Of a stretch of DNA of 64,000 nucleotides, positions 40,505 to 53,642 are shown piece by piece. This stretch comes from Catajapyx aquilonaris (lineage: Eukaryota): assembly GCA_000934665.2 (NCBI GenBank), contig KZ538817.1:62001-126000 (forward strand), read 5' to 3'. The notes beneath the pieces were generated by a model, which had not been told where the DNA came from, ran no database searches, and was given only the letters and a program-made list of their open reading frames with translations. How positions within the stretch are numbered: position 1 is the stretch's first letter; each line of letters begins with the position of its first letter. The position numbers and the translations under genes were made by a program.

Positions 40505-43500
40505 AGCTCCAGCATGATACGCACGACAAGTTTGCGATTATATTGTTAAAGGAAACAGACATTACACTTTCTGTTTTTTTCGTGCATTTCGAAGGGCGAA
40601 GACATCGAAATCAATTAATTGTGGACGAGCCGGTTTTTGGTTGGTTAGCTGCCCTCGACCTTCTCTTCGCATTCCGCAGACTTATTCGCCAAGTGGCTCT
40701 CCCACGTTCAACTTCCTTACCCGCGGACATGCGTCACGAAAGCCCCAAGTCCATCTTCTGGCTTGAGGGCAACCTCTCAGCATATTCCTGAGGTTCATCC
40801 ACAGCCGTTTTCCGGATCCTGTTCCAGCAACTTCAGACCGCACCCATCGTCTTCAAAAGAGGGTGACAGCTGCATAACACTGATCACCATCAGCGGACGG
40901 TTGACTTTCCATTTGTTCCGGAATTCGTAACATCAGCCTTGAAGCTGCTGGTAGCAGGTGGGGGACCTTACCTTAGGTGTCAAAATGCCTCCTCCTTCTG
41001 GACGTGGGGGGACCCAATTGACAACACAATGGCTTTGACTCGGGAGTCGAGGCGAGGTGGGGCCCAGGGGCCATTGTTCGAGGAGCTAGGGCTCCTAGGA
41101 TTTCGCCGTGAGAAGTCTTTCTTGCCTCTTCATCCTCACTCCTTATCGAGAGGACATCGGAGGAGACGGTACTGTCATTTCACTAAAAAAGATTCCGGGG
41201 GCTCCTAATCGAGGAACAAAAGGTCAGTTTGTAGCAGGGTGACCTGAGGAGCTGGGAGGAGGAAGGGACTGACTTTATCGACAAAAGCAGCAAGGAGAGC
41301 CACTCATGCGTCTTGATGGACATCACAATCAGAGCAGCACTTTCTCGGGGGGGTCTGAGGTGACGGGCGTGCATCTTCTTGCACCATACTCAAATCTCTT
41401 TCTAGCTAGGCTGAAAGGGCTGTTTTCCTCTCGGGGAAGAGGCGGCTCGAAGTGACACATTTGCACTCTGTCTCGAGCCCAGAGATGTGGCATTATCCAA
41501 AAGCGTGGAGATGAGTGACTAGACTCCCAGGAGGGAATGAGATGTGACGTGAGGAGATGAAGTTGGTAAGAATGAGAAGTGGGTGCTGGGAGGAGGCGCA
41601 CAAAATTCAACCGGGGAGGGAAAAAATGTGGGTGAGGACCCCCACACCCGCCTATATAGTGGGTGCTGCAAGAGAGAGGAAGGAATTCACTTGTCATGGT
41701 CGTGACTTGGGCTGACTTTTTTTGTGCGCGGGTAGGAGGGTACATTAGTTCCCCTCGTCGGTCGGGTGCAAAGGCCAGCGTTGCCCTGATTGCGTCACAC
41801 ACACACACACTCACACTCATGGGTGGTGCTTATGTGACCCTCTTCCGAGCTTTTGTCTACCTTTTCTGCATTGTACCAGCGCCACCAAAAGAGCTTAATG
41901 AAACGAGAGAAAGGACCGATGTGTGTGTGTGTGGAAACACGTGAAAGGCAGCATGGTGGTTATTGCCATCTCTATCTGTGAATCTGCTCCGGTCCAATAT
42001 TGTCCATCGATCCGACTTTCACCTCATTGACAGCGTTGCATCACTTGGACAATCGGGACGTTACTGTAACGGGGCTGATCCAACGGGACGACACATTTTC
42101 TTCAAGGGTGATGAATTGCGATTTGCTGATGGGAGACGTTGACAAAAGTACGTATTCTTTGGGGCGAGAAACGCGCATCTAGTGTTGAAAAAAAAGTGGG
42201 ATACGCGTGTCTTGTTCAATCTATCCAGACGTGACTAAAGCCCGACGTCAGATCCGCCCTCAATCAAAAGCTTTGGGATGCAGCAGCGTGCGGTTTCGCG
42301 TTTCCGTCCCCAGACTTCCACTTTGCTGAACAGAAGGATCAAGAACGACGGTTTTTGAATAGCCACGGCTGCAAGAAATTTTGCTGATAAAGACCCTGCG
42401 CACACCACTGTTTAGCCTGGGACCAGGATTCAGAAGAATCTCTTCAAGAAGAAGTCGTTAGGAATCTGAGACGAGGATCGTGTTTCTTTCTCCCTGTTTG
42501 ACTTTTGCACCTTTAAAACAATAAATCGTGATTCGGTCCGCCGCTCTATCTAGGGACTCACGGTGTATATATACCATACCCCCAGCAGCGCCGGGTGGGG
42601 ACACAAAAAAAAAACCCGCGTCGCGTTCCGCATCATGAATTTTTGCAAACGCGACGCGGCCCTAGGGTGGTGTGCTTTTCGCCATTTTGGGGCGTAATTC
42701 GCCCTAATAAATTTTAAAGCCATGCAGCGCATTTCGCTTCCACTTCATAATCATCCGGATTTTTACACGCCGGGGTGGGCACTCCGCTTTTCATCGCCGT
42801 TACTGTGATGCGTGTAGATGGCAATTATAGCCGACAGGCGGCCATGCTCTGGGCAAATTGTAACGTGTCAAGTACATCCTAATCAAGGCCCAGCCATCTG
42901 GCTCTTTTGCCATCATTAGACCCATTCTAATTACGGCATAATACTGTTATTACCCAAATTACGCGGCGCCCAGCACCAACACTGGGTCACCCCCAGATAC
43001 CTCGGACTGCTTAGTTCGAATGAGTTTTTTCCCCACCGCCTATATCCAGCACAGTGTATACTATGAGGGACGGAAACTCTCGGTTCCTCCAGGACTCCCA
43101 CCTTTTAATGCACCGAAGCCAGGAAGAGATTTTTCATTCTGTTTTTATTTCTCCTGCACCGGGCGTTGAGTTGGGTTATCTCAGCCCAAACTCCTGTTTT
43201 ACTGGGAAAGGCGTGGAAAATAAATAAAGCGCGGGGGCAGAGGGGTTGTCCGTGAGGGGTGTTCTACGTGACTCAACGCCGCCATAAAAAAACGAGGATC
43301 TTACAGTATGGGAGGGTATACCCAACCCTTCAATACTCGATATGGTAGATACACTTGGTTTCTCTTGGTTTGTTTGAACCGAGGACCAGCTTATTGGTTT
43401 AAAACCCGTTGTTTATGCGAGTTCCCCCATCGCTGTGGGGGGTTTGTATTGAAAGTGTGCGTTCTGGATCCGGGGTGACGATGAATGCGGGTCATAATTG

Positions 43501-43964
43501 ATGAGCAGACCCCGTGTGGGGGCGTGCAGTAATCACAGAAGACCCCCAGGCAGTCTCAAAAAAAAAAAAATTGGGGCCGAAGAGGCGCCTGGGAGATACA
43601 CAGAAAAAGAGCTGGGAAAGCCCAGCGGGAGAGCTGAAGAGAAAGTCGAGAAAGAACCAAACGTTCTTCCTCCCCCCTTTCCACTTTTTTATATATCATC
43701 CGATGCTGCATCTACATGAAGTTAGTCCCAGTCTTCCTTAGGGAGCGTCGAGGCGTCGGCTGAGGAATGACAGTAAAAAGCGTGGAATGAGGGCCGCCCC
43801 ACTGCTGCACCTCGAATTAAGCCGTCAAGAAGAAACAATGAAGGGAGCCTGCTGGCTAGCTCTTTGCTTTCCACCGCCAATTATCAAGGCAAATATGCAC
43901 GGAATAAATCACAACCTGTTTTAAGAAGGATCGATTGCCACAAGCACGCACCGGTTGCATATCC

Positions 43965-44060
43965 GCCATATTGAATCGTGAGGTCACACGCACAAGATAG
44001 CTGCTGGGTGACGTCACCATTCAAGATGGCTGCCGGGTGACGTCGCCATTCAAGATGGCG
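43965..44060. repeat. 29-bp tandem repeat (about 2.3 copies) with an upstream inverted partial copy
   Basis: Units 43993-44021 and 44022-44050 (CAAGATRGCTGCYGGGTGACGTCRCCATT), partial unit 44051-44060. 43965-43987 is an inverted copy matching 20/23 of GTGACGTCACCATTCAAGATGGC. Confidence 0.85.
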
Positions 44061-47000
44061 ACTACTTAGCGGAATCGAGTGGTGTGAAAGGAGGCCTGGG
44101 AGCATGATTGATTGCGAGCCCCTTCTTGGTCGCAGCCTCCCACGACGCCTCTTGGCAGTTGGGGACAGTGGGAAGTGGGGCCTCACGCACAGGGTGCATT
44201 ACTTGATTGCAGGCCCCAACCTCTTGGCAGGGGGGCAACTGCCACGGGCAAACGGCCCGTCAAATCTGGACACTGGGGGCTTATCTGATCCACTAAGGAC
44301 GACAGCGCTTCCATCAACTCTATTTTGATGTCGAAGGCAGTCGTCTTAATGTATTGGTGTCTACCGGAGCACGTTCACTGGAGGGTGATTTTTCGGAGTC
44401 GCTTCGGGAGCCAAATTCCTGCTGCAAGTGTCGTGCACGTTGACATTGAGTGCTGGGAGCCCAAACTTGAAAAGCACCGGTGAATTGCCGGCCAGTACAC
44501 TTTCACCTTTCCTCTTCTCATGGCTTGGAGAAGGGGGATAAAAAGTGGAGGATGAATACCTGGTCTCTCTCTGTAAGGAAAAGGGTTGCGGCACAGGGAC
44601 AGGTGAGGTGGGAGGGCCCCCGAGGCACGGCGGGGGCAGCGAAAGGGGACCCCGGAGACAAGTGGTCCCTTTGTCACGTCCGCCCAACAGGCTCCAAATT
44701 ACACGATTGCTGCAGAGGGAGGCCCCGAAGGGGCATGAGCAGCCTCCGGGCGCCATGGGACTGACTGCGGTCTGCAGAGGGTTACATGACGCAATGGGTA
44801 ACCCATCTCTGCGAATATATATGCTGATGCACCCTGTATACACATCCCTTTGTTCGGGACGCGCCCAAGGCGAAAGCTGCACTACCATAAATCGGAAAAG
44901 AGAAAACTCTGGGTGTTGGTTGCTGCTGCCCTGACCTCCTGTGCCCTTCCCCTTTATCTGATGATGGCGGCCAGCTGCGATGGGTGCGGGCCCCTCATCA
45001 ACCCGCATGCTTTCCTAAGGAGGTCTGAAACATTTGTCTCCGGCAAGTTGCAGGGCATGCCGCTGTCTAGCACACACAAAAAAATACCGCACCGGCTCTA
45101 TATTTTTTTAGAGATGTCATCGGAGGAAACTTGCCCAGGAGCAGAGGGTTATCCGGACCGACAAAGAGATGCCTAATGTGATTTCGGATTTTAAGTGAAT
45201 ATTTCATTGGTAGCCTCATTGCCCCCGGTGGATGAAATATGCATACACTGCGTCGCTGATTAAGTGGAAGGAAATTGAAACGTGAGAGACATGTGCAAGG
45301 AAGGAATGAAATTAGTCCCGAAAACGTCACGGCGAGTTTGGAAACGCTACGTGCCATAATTACTGGACTCGTTCTCTCTAACCGACCTTGCGAATATTTT
45401 TGCACCTGGAAAAATTGCAAGTGGATCTGACCTTGTTCTATCACCAGGTCCACCGGAATAGTAGGTCATGGATGACGCGAACTTTGCCTAGTTTGCATTG
45501 GGCATACCGGACGGCCATACCTGACCTATGTGTTGCCCCATCCCCCTCTAAATGAAGTCAGCAAAGCGCTTAGGGAGGCACGTCAGCTGCCTTTAACCCC
45601 CACCCCTCCCGCTGCTGGATATAAGGAGAGGATAGGAGGGGGTTCCGTTGTCATCTCTCTGCCAGCTGCACCTGCATGGATGGTGGTTGAAGGCTCCTGG
45701 CCTTACAATCTGAGCAGAATATCAAACAGCACCTTCCCCTTTTCTTAGAGCCCTCCCCACCCTCCATCCCAACCCCCAAAAGCCCGCCCTGCCATACGAC
45801 AGAGGGGGCCTAATTGACGCACCAGGGTTTTATCAAGTAGGCTTATATAGGTCCCATTAACTCCTTTCCATGGAGAGAGTTCCGTTAGCCAATTAGGGCC
45901 TCTTCTGTTTACCTCACAGCTAGATTTGAGACGGGCCAAGAATTTCAGTCGCAAGCATCGAAAAGCTAAAGGTACACTCCGAAGAAATCCCTATGCTTGG
46001 TACAACCGGTTTTGCATAATTATTCTGGTTGAAGCACACCCAGTGTTTCAGTACACTTTTGGAAAACGACGCATGCTCCGTGCTCATATCCCGCGTGTCC
46101 TGTTCACTTCACTTAGACGGACCACTCATCTGACCAGCCCCGTCCTAACCTTTTCCGCATCGAATTCTCCGCTTCTGAGGATTCCCTCGGGCTCTACAGG
46201 TAAAGAGAAGCGGAATATTTATACAACTCCAGAGGATCGATTACCATTCCACTTTAGTGTCCACCCCTAAAAGATAGCGGACTCATAAAAGAGTGAAATG
46301 GCCTGGTTGGGGGCTCCCCGTGCCGGGGACCATCCCCCAGCATTGTCGCTCGCAAATTAGAATGAACACCCTTCCCGGTGTGTGCACACGAATAAGCTTC
46401 ATAACAAGGAAAATTGACGCCGAAAAAGAAAACTTCCCCACCTTTAACCCAAAAGGAAAAGGAAAACCTTCCCCTCTACCTACTACTAACCCTTGATCGT
46501 AAAAGCTGGGTATTTCGTACCCTACGAATTAGAATTACGGTGTGACGGAGTGGGGCACGGACGCACATTAAATGCAAGGGTGGCATGGGGCACGTGTACA
46601 CAACATTAAGGGCCATCTGAGAAAGTCGGTGATGTAGTGTGTAACGCGCAATGGTTTTGGTCCAGAGACTCTCTTTTACGGGGACCCATCTTGTGTCCCG
46701 GCGTGGGAAAACCTGGCGAGCTAATAATCCGGAAAAGGGCCTCTTCATTCGCAGACACGCAGCATTTTTGGCTGAATGGCCCTCCTCGGGAAATCGGCGG
46801 TGGGCCTCTTTGAGGACTCGTTCTACCCAATGGCTCCAATGGACGCTCAATTGATTTAGGCTAAAATGGAGGATTACGCTTGTGTCTACTTCACCAACCC
46901 TTGTCTGATCGATCTAGCTGACTTTATTCCGCGCCCCGGATTATACGGGTTATTACGGCGATAAAAATTTATTTGGTATTACCGGCTCTGTAATAATGTG

Positions 47001-50000
47001 TCGACTTTTGGGTCACCCTGTTTTAGCTAAGGGCGGATTTTGTTATGTTAGAGTCGAAGATGGACCCCGCCTGTCTTCCGGATGATGCAAGGACCATTGT
47101 CGGCCGAGTTTAGCTAGCCAAGCGGTCTACTCCGCTAGCTCTAATAATACTTAACGAGAGGGTTGAGTGTAGGCGGATTCTTGTTATGTTTCCTACTTTA
47201 TCGGAGCGCAAAAGAAGAGGGTTCCGCATTGCTTCAAGTGGCCGCACTCGGAGAAACCTCGACACATCTAAAAGCCATTCTAAATCATACCTTTTCGGAC
47301 ATGTTGACATGTTGCGTGTCGTCCCCTCCCAATCCAGCAGGGGCCGATTTTTGACTTGGGCAAGGTCAATGCTTCCAGCTTAGAAGCTGCTTAAGAAAAG
47401 TCTTCGGGGGCGTCGTCTTTCTACGGTAATGACTTGTAAGAGTATCGGATTTGTTTTCCAGCATCCTTCGCGGCGGTTTTGCTATTTCTCCTTATCGGTT
47501 TCGAGTTACTAATCGTCATTTCCGGGTGTTACCGCCAAGCCATTAAGCGCCTCGAATGATGTAAAAAGGAAATAAAGGCATTTCCTCTCCCACAGCCCCA
47601 TTGGTGTAGTAAAGGCGGTGATAATCTTCGTGTCGACTTATATACACCCGGTTGTAATCATTATAGATATATTAAATTAACAGCGAGTTTTTTTTGTTAA
47701 AACCCGGGGGTTGGTAAATGGGGTGGGCAAACAAAGGAGTCGTAGATGAAGTCATTCCCCAAAGTTTCCCATGGGGGAGGTCCAGTACGACCCCCTCCTC
47801 CCAAGTCATTGCGGCCATTTCCATGTCGACAGGGGAGCAGAAACTCGGCTCCTAAATTGTTACTGGTGTCAACCGCAGTCTCTTAGCTATGCCTCCGACC
47901 CCTAAGCAATTCCTCTGATTCTTAGGAAATCCCCCCCGATTTCAACCCCCCAGGAAGAAAATGGAGTTGAAGAACTGTCAGCACTTTGAAGGGCGAAAAC
48001 ATGTGTTGGAGACCGCGCCCCAACCGGGGTTATGATTATTTACAAGTAAATTCCATCCTAAAAACTTTCAATACAAATCTGGTAGCACGAACCGTGTAAT
48101 GCGAATTAGCATGATGCAATTTCCGATCCTCGTTGACCTTATCCCGAGGGTCTGACCCGGCTCGGGGTTTTGCGGTGCTCTAACGGGAATTGGCGAGGAA
48201 GGGAGGTCTTTTGTGGAAGTGGCAAAGTCACTCTTCTGGATCCTTTCGGAATCCTCCAGGAGCACAAGTCTCAAGCCTCTCTGCCCATGCGTGATGCCCA
48301 CGGAGCCGTTTAGTCTCCAGCACTTTGCTCCAGAATAAGTCCACTTACGTCTCACAGTTAGATTCTCTTGTACAGGTGAACAAAAAAATATGCCCACCCT
48401 TCTCCTTTTTTCGGCACATCACTGTTATTATGCCTGCAAGGCACTTGTCATTATCGATTTGCCGTCTCCCACGTTGTCATAATCCATTCATCTCTTCGGG
48501 TATATCCAGACTGTATAGTGTGCATATACTGTATATAATAGTGATTTGCGATCGCCGCGAAGCGGAAATGCCGGATATTTTTCACCTGGATGCATTTGAA
48601 TGTGTTGCAAGAGGCCCAGAGGCGAAGGGTCCATCGTGGAAGACGCATTTGATTCCAAATCTCCTTGCTGGGAACGGGGAGAAAGTCTTCCGTGACCTCC
48701 GCAAGGAATAGTGTCATTGTGATAAATGCCGTGACCCGGGCATGATTATCCCCCGGTTGGTCGTAAGGGCATGGAGTGAAGAAAATTGAGGCACAGTGGA
48801 TTGGCAAAAAAAAAGGTGGAGAAGAGAAGGGTGGAAGTAAGCAGGGGTGCCCTTCTCTTCAAAATCGCTCCTAACGGGATAACACCCAAGCTCAAAATGT
48901 TTCACCCAGATGACTTACGCAGGGTCCAATAAGTGGAACAGGGTGACCTCCACCAGCATTGTAGGACAACTTGGAGTTTTGCATTTCAATCAGGTTGCGA
49001 GGTAGGAACACATCAGTCAAGGTGCATCCAAGGGTTGCACATCCCTCATTGTGTAACGGTTTCAGGGCGAGCTTGTTTCGCATTGACTAAACACTCCTGT
49101 CGACTCATATACTTGCGAGTTCTTTTCCGGGTCGAGATGTGGACAGGAAATCGCTTTTTGCGAAAAAAAAATACCATTGCCCTCAGGGAGAGTGAACCCA
49201 CCAGGCAACCTCTTGTCGGACTACTATTCGGTCTGGTATCACGCAACGTGTATTTCTTAAGGCCGGATGAAGGTGCCCCACCTGTCACTAATGCACCTGC
49301 ATAAATATACAAACAAAGGAACGGTCCTTATACGGTGTAACCATGTGGACATTGCCCCATGATGCTGCGGTGGTCATTCATGCAGCCTATCTTTCTTGAT
49401 AGCCTTCCAAGTGGGCACGGCCCCGGAAAAAAAACGGCTAATTACACGCCCCTCCCCCCGATCGGATATTCAATTTTACACCCTGATTTGCATAATGGGT
49501 CCACATCAGCGTGGTGTAAATTCCCGAGGGAGAACCGGCCAGATATCACCTGACCGAGAGACTTTCTTCGTTGATGCAATTCGGCCATTTGTTATACGAT
49601 GGTCGTCGGCGATGTGTGTGTTCAGTATTATATTTATATTATTTGCTACCAGTAACCTCCAGGTAAATGACATGGAAAGTGGGCCGGAATTTCACAACAT
49701 GATTTATTTGGGATAGCTCCCGATGAGCAACCACGGAATGATTAACCGTGTACGTACAGACAGAATAATTCTGCCAGCCCAATGAGGCCTGACGAACTAA
49801 TTAAAACCGGACTAGTGAGAAATAGAAAGCCCATCACGTTCGATCCAATCTCCCAAAGATGCCATCAAGAACCTGCAACCGCCTGTTTTTTCCCCTCGCC
49901 GAACAACGTGTCGGAAGTGTCAGGTTCAAGTATACGGCTGGCGAAGGCAAATAAGCCCTGTTCTCACTGCAAGGATGCAATTACCTGTCGATTAGGTGGT

Positions 50001-50564
50001 CTGCTTTATGTCCCCTTTTGTCTGCTCCATCAACCTAACTTTCGCCCCCATGAGAAACAATCTTAGATTTGCACGTGCTTGTCTCCATCCCACTGATTAT
50101 GAGGTTCAAGCACCTTTTTTCACGCCTGTGTGGTCCGTGTGGACCGTGTGAATGACGTCCGCTTTTTTTTCGGGGGCTCATAAGCCGATTATAAGTTGAT
50201 GGTGGCAGCCTCTTGACGACAGTCACCAAAAATCTGAATGTAAAAAATGCCCACCCTTTCCTCCAGCTGGCAATGTCTCAGTAGGGGGTGGATGACTGGT
50301 GCGTTTTCTGGCATCATCGAGGGGGCGCAAAAGGGGGGACCCCCAGAGGGGCCAAGGCGTCCCACGTGGTGGGGACCCAGCAGCCAATGGCAGGCCAGCC
50401 AGGGCCCACTGGGACTCAGGGACCGGATCGTCAATGAGGTCTGGGCGAGAGGCAGTCAGAGGCGGGGATTCTCCCGGGGCGGTCTGGTGCTTGTGTGTCT
50501 GCTGGTGCACCAGTGATTGTTTGTGAGTTGTGTGAATGTGGGTGACCCTGAGGTCAGTCCAGTC

Positions 50565-50661
50565 ATGCTGTTCAAGGGAAACAGCACCAAGTTGGAGCTC
50601 TTGATTGAGAAGATTCAGGCCAATAAGGAGAATCAGACGGCGGAGGATTCGGATCTGAAAG
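50565..50661 (+). CDS. Oaz: Zinc finger protein 423 homolog (Oaz), putative first coding exon (MLFKGNSTKLELLIEKIQANKENQTAEDSDLK)
   Basis: ATG at 50565, donor AAAG|GTACGC at 50662. The phase-1 end joins the next exon in frame (G+CC = Ala). The peptide resembles the N-terminus I recall from arthropod ZNF423 homologs. The frame stays open some way upstream, so earlier exons are not excluded. Confidence 0.8.
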
Positions 50662-52275
50662 GTACGCGGATTTGAACAGTTTTTTGGCGGTTTTTCCGCG
50701 CGGGGTTGGCAACGCAGACGCAGCACGAGGCTAATCTGGCGGGCATATCAATCCGAAGAGTGGACCATGCAAGTCAATCCTGTTTGTCGCCTGATATTGT
50801 TTTGACGTATCGAATGAGAATGTTGCGGTTATGTGGTGTCTCAATATTAAGGCTATTTATAGTGCGGTGATGACTGGAGGCTGCGCTGAAATAGGTTACT
50901 TGAGATTAGTAGTGTAATCCACTCTGAGAGCCTGATTAGCGGGTGGTAAGGATAACGTGGATCTCGAGTGAGATTAAATGCGCAGTGGTATATTCTGCTA
51001 GCTTTCGTGGTGCATATAGATGCAACTTGCGATAAATATTCCGATTTTTCCGCTGTCATTACATCGTGCGTCACTTACGAGACATTGGAAGGCACGCAGT
51101 TACATTGATTTGTTTTAATATTCACGTTTCACCTACAAGTGACCCTATAAGTACGGGTGGTGAGAAATGTGCGCACTTGTCGGACCTAGGCTCCGTGACA
51201 TATACTGAGACGCAATTAGCCTGTAGGCCTAGTTGATTTTGTCGATCTCTAATTCATTATGTAGCTAGTGGCACACACGTACGCAATGGGGGTCATTATG
51301 CGAAACCTCAGTTGCTGTTGATTTTTACACCCATATTTATTTGAAGCTACAAGATACGAATTGCAACATGAAACTACTCCGGTGCAAATGCCAATTGATA
51401 GCAAAATTTGTAAGCCAATATTACATCAACTTGATTGTGCTTGCATCCCCTATAATCATCAAATCCGGAAAATCCAAACCGTAGAAATCCATCCTCGACA
51501 CTCGTCTCTCCTTCTCCAAATCGATCACCTTCGACATCGACCTGCTGCGGCTGCATCGGTCCTTCCCAATTTCTGGAACAAATGAGCCCTCGCGCAATTG
51601 CCGGGTCGGGAAAGCTCAGTGATTTGTTCCGGGTTTGGGATGTCGCCGGTGGCGTTAATTCTTGGTTAGGCAAGAGTCGACATTGACACTCGGCAGCAGC
51701 GACGGTTGGGAGAGAGAAGCAAGGACCCCGTGGGCCATCAGGTCCTCCCTCCCCTTTCACGTGCACCCAGTGATGTTTGCCAATTAACGCGCCTCGTGTC
51801 CTGTCCGTACTCCCCGGCCCCGCATTGATTTAAGAGCAGAGCGAAGGGTGCACGACAGGAAGATGTATAATTTATGTTGGGCAAACCGCAGGTCGACGCG
51901 CTGACGTCGACGAATAATTGGGAATGAAAAGCTGCGTGAACGTCGTCGCCCCCGTGTTCGGCAGCCCACCGTCCTTTTTTGCCACCGGTACGAAAGGTTG
52001 AAATGTTCGCCGGACAGGCTTCATGTGGATTATTTAGGAACACCCCTGAGCCCAAACTCGCCAGAGATTTTACAAATGTAATCGCGGTGGGATGCTAAGT
52101 GTTCCGAATTAGCTATCAATCCGTGCCTACCCTTTTCCCCCTCGGTACCATCCAAATCGATGGGCATGCCCGACAGGGTGCTTAGGACCTACTCAAATTT
52201 GGGACAGCCTCTGGATTTTTCATCAACAATAGCCAGTATGCAGGTGAAGTCAACCTGTTTTCTTGTTTTTTTCAG

Positions 52276-52493
52276 CCCTGGGCACGGAAGCGGCGTCCTC
52301 GTGGCGTTCGGAGACTCCGGAGGACCAGACGTCATTGTCCCCGGGCAGCTCCTGTGCCACTCCCAACAGTACCACCGATGCCCCCGAGGCTGAGCTCAGC
52401 TTCACCATCGGGGTCACCGAGGCCACACCTTACGCATGCCAATTCTGCGACAAGGCCTTCCCCCGACTCTCCTACCTCAAGAAGCACGAGCAG
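52276..52493 (+). CDS. Oaz: Oaz/ZNF423 coding exon 2 (N-terminal region and ZF1 YACQFCDKAFPRLSYLKKHEQ)
   Basis: Acceptor ttttttcag, donor CAG|GTGAGA. The C2H2 finger is completed by the next exon. Confidence 0.95.
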
Positions 52494-52897
52494 GTGAGAG
52501 AGCCCTTGAACAAACTGGCAAAAAAAATATATAGGTCAAAAATTTGTTCCTCTCTTGGTTCTTATTGGGAGGAAGAATCTCTTACTCGAGGCGTGGATCT
52601 GAATGGCCGGACGGATTTACATAATAGAAGCGCTGTCGTGCGGATTCACGATGCTGGGCGATGATATCACGTCATTCCGGGAAGAGTTTGTTATTCAGGG
52701 GAGTTGCAAGGGCAGTCTTAAGTAGGTGCTGATAAATGGGGGGGGCTCGACAGGAATAATATTTCCAGAGTACATTGCGCACACGATGTATGTGTTCTAA
52801 TACTGGACGTCAGTACCGCAGATAAACAGCTTAGGGTATATTTAAGGTCTATTTTGACATCATGGCTAATCCGTATCGAACGATCTTTTCTTCGCAG

Positions 52898-53040
52898 ACC
52901 CACAGTGACCAAATGCCCTTCAAGTGCGACTTTTGCAACCGTTTGTTCAAGCATAAGCGGAGTAGAGACCGGCACCTGAAACTTCACACCGGGGACAAAA
53001 AGTACCGGTGTCCTCACTGCGAGTCGGCATTCTCCAGGAG
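52898..53040 (+). CDS. Oaz: Oaz/ZNF423 coding exon 3 ([47 protein letters not shown])
   Basis: Signature [18 protein letters not shown] of ZNF423/ZNF521. AG/GT boundaries, phase 0 to phase 2. Confidence 0.97.
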
Positions 53041-53115
53041 GTAGGCGTTGTCGATATCGATCTATCAGAAAATGCTCGAATTGGTTTCGAGGTACAAACT
53101 TCTGATATTTTGCAG

Positions 53116-53314
53116 CGACCACCTGAAGATTCACATGAAAACGCACGACAACCAGAAACCCTTCCAATGCACTGTTTGCAATCGGGGCTACAACACCGCT
53201 GCGGCCCTCACGTCGCACATGCAGAACCACAAGAAAGAGTCCAGCACTCCAAGCCCAGGACCCTTCAGGTGTCTGCAGTGCACCGCCACGTTCGGAACCG
53301 CCGAAGAGTTGCAG
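53116..53314 (+). CDS. Oaz: Oaz/ZNF423 coding exon 4 ([25 protein letters not shown]...)
   Basis: Continues the family signature FSRSDHLKIH. Acceptor tttgcag, donor CAG|GTACGC. Confidence 0.97.
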
Positions 53315-53389
53315 GTACGCACGGTATTAAGATGCTGTTGTCACCGAGGGGATGGCCGGTCTTGTCACTGTGCCCGTGATGCTTTATAG

Positions 53390-53585
53390 TCGCACATCCA
53401 GATACATCGAGATGGTAGTCCTGCTGCTTCACCGCACAAGTGCGAGAAGGTACCTACACCGTCGCCTCACCACCAAATCCGAGACCTGCTGCCTTTCCCC
53501 ACGCCGAAGCTGGCGTGCATATACTGCACCAAGGACAGCTTCACCACCATGGAAGCCCTCCAACTACACGTGCAGGCCATGCACG
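53390..53585 (+). CDS. Oaz: Oaz/ZNF423 coding exon 5 (SHIQIH...LACIYCTKDSFTTMEALQLHVQAMH)
   Basis: Completes ZF5 and encodes ZF6. Acceptor tttatag, donor G|GTAAGC. This frame is not in the ORF track and was translated by hand. Confidence 0.93.
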
Positions 53586-53642
53586 GTAAGCTCACCATAC
53601 GGAGCAGGTCAGAGCAGATTGGGAACTAGTCTTTCGTTTCAG

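Noticed and set aside
1780..46709. Su(H) sites CGTGRGAA at 1780, 19522, 35613, 38227, 41107 and 46702
   Set aside because: Dispersed, not paired, and the count is close to chance expectation.
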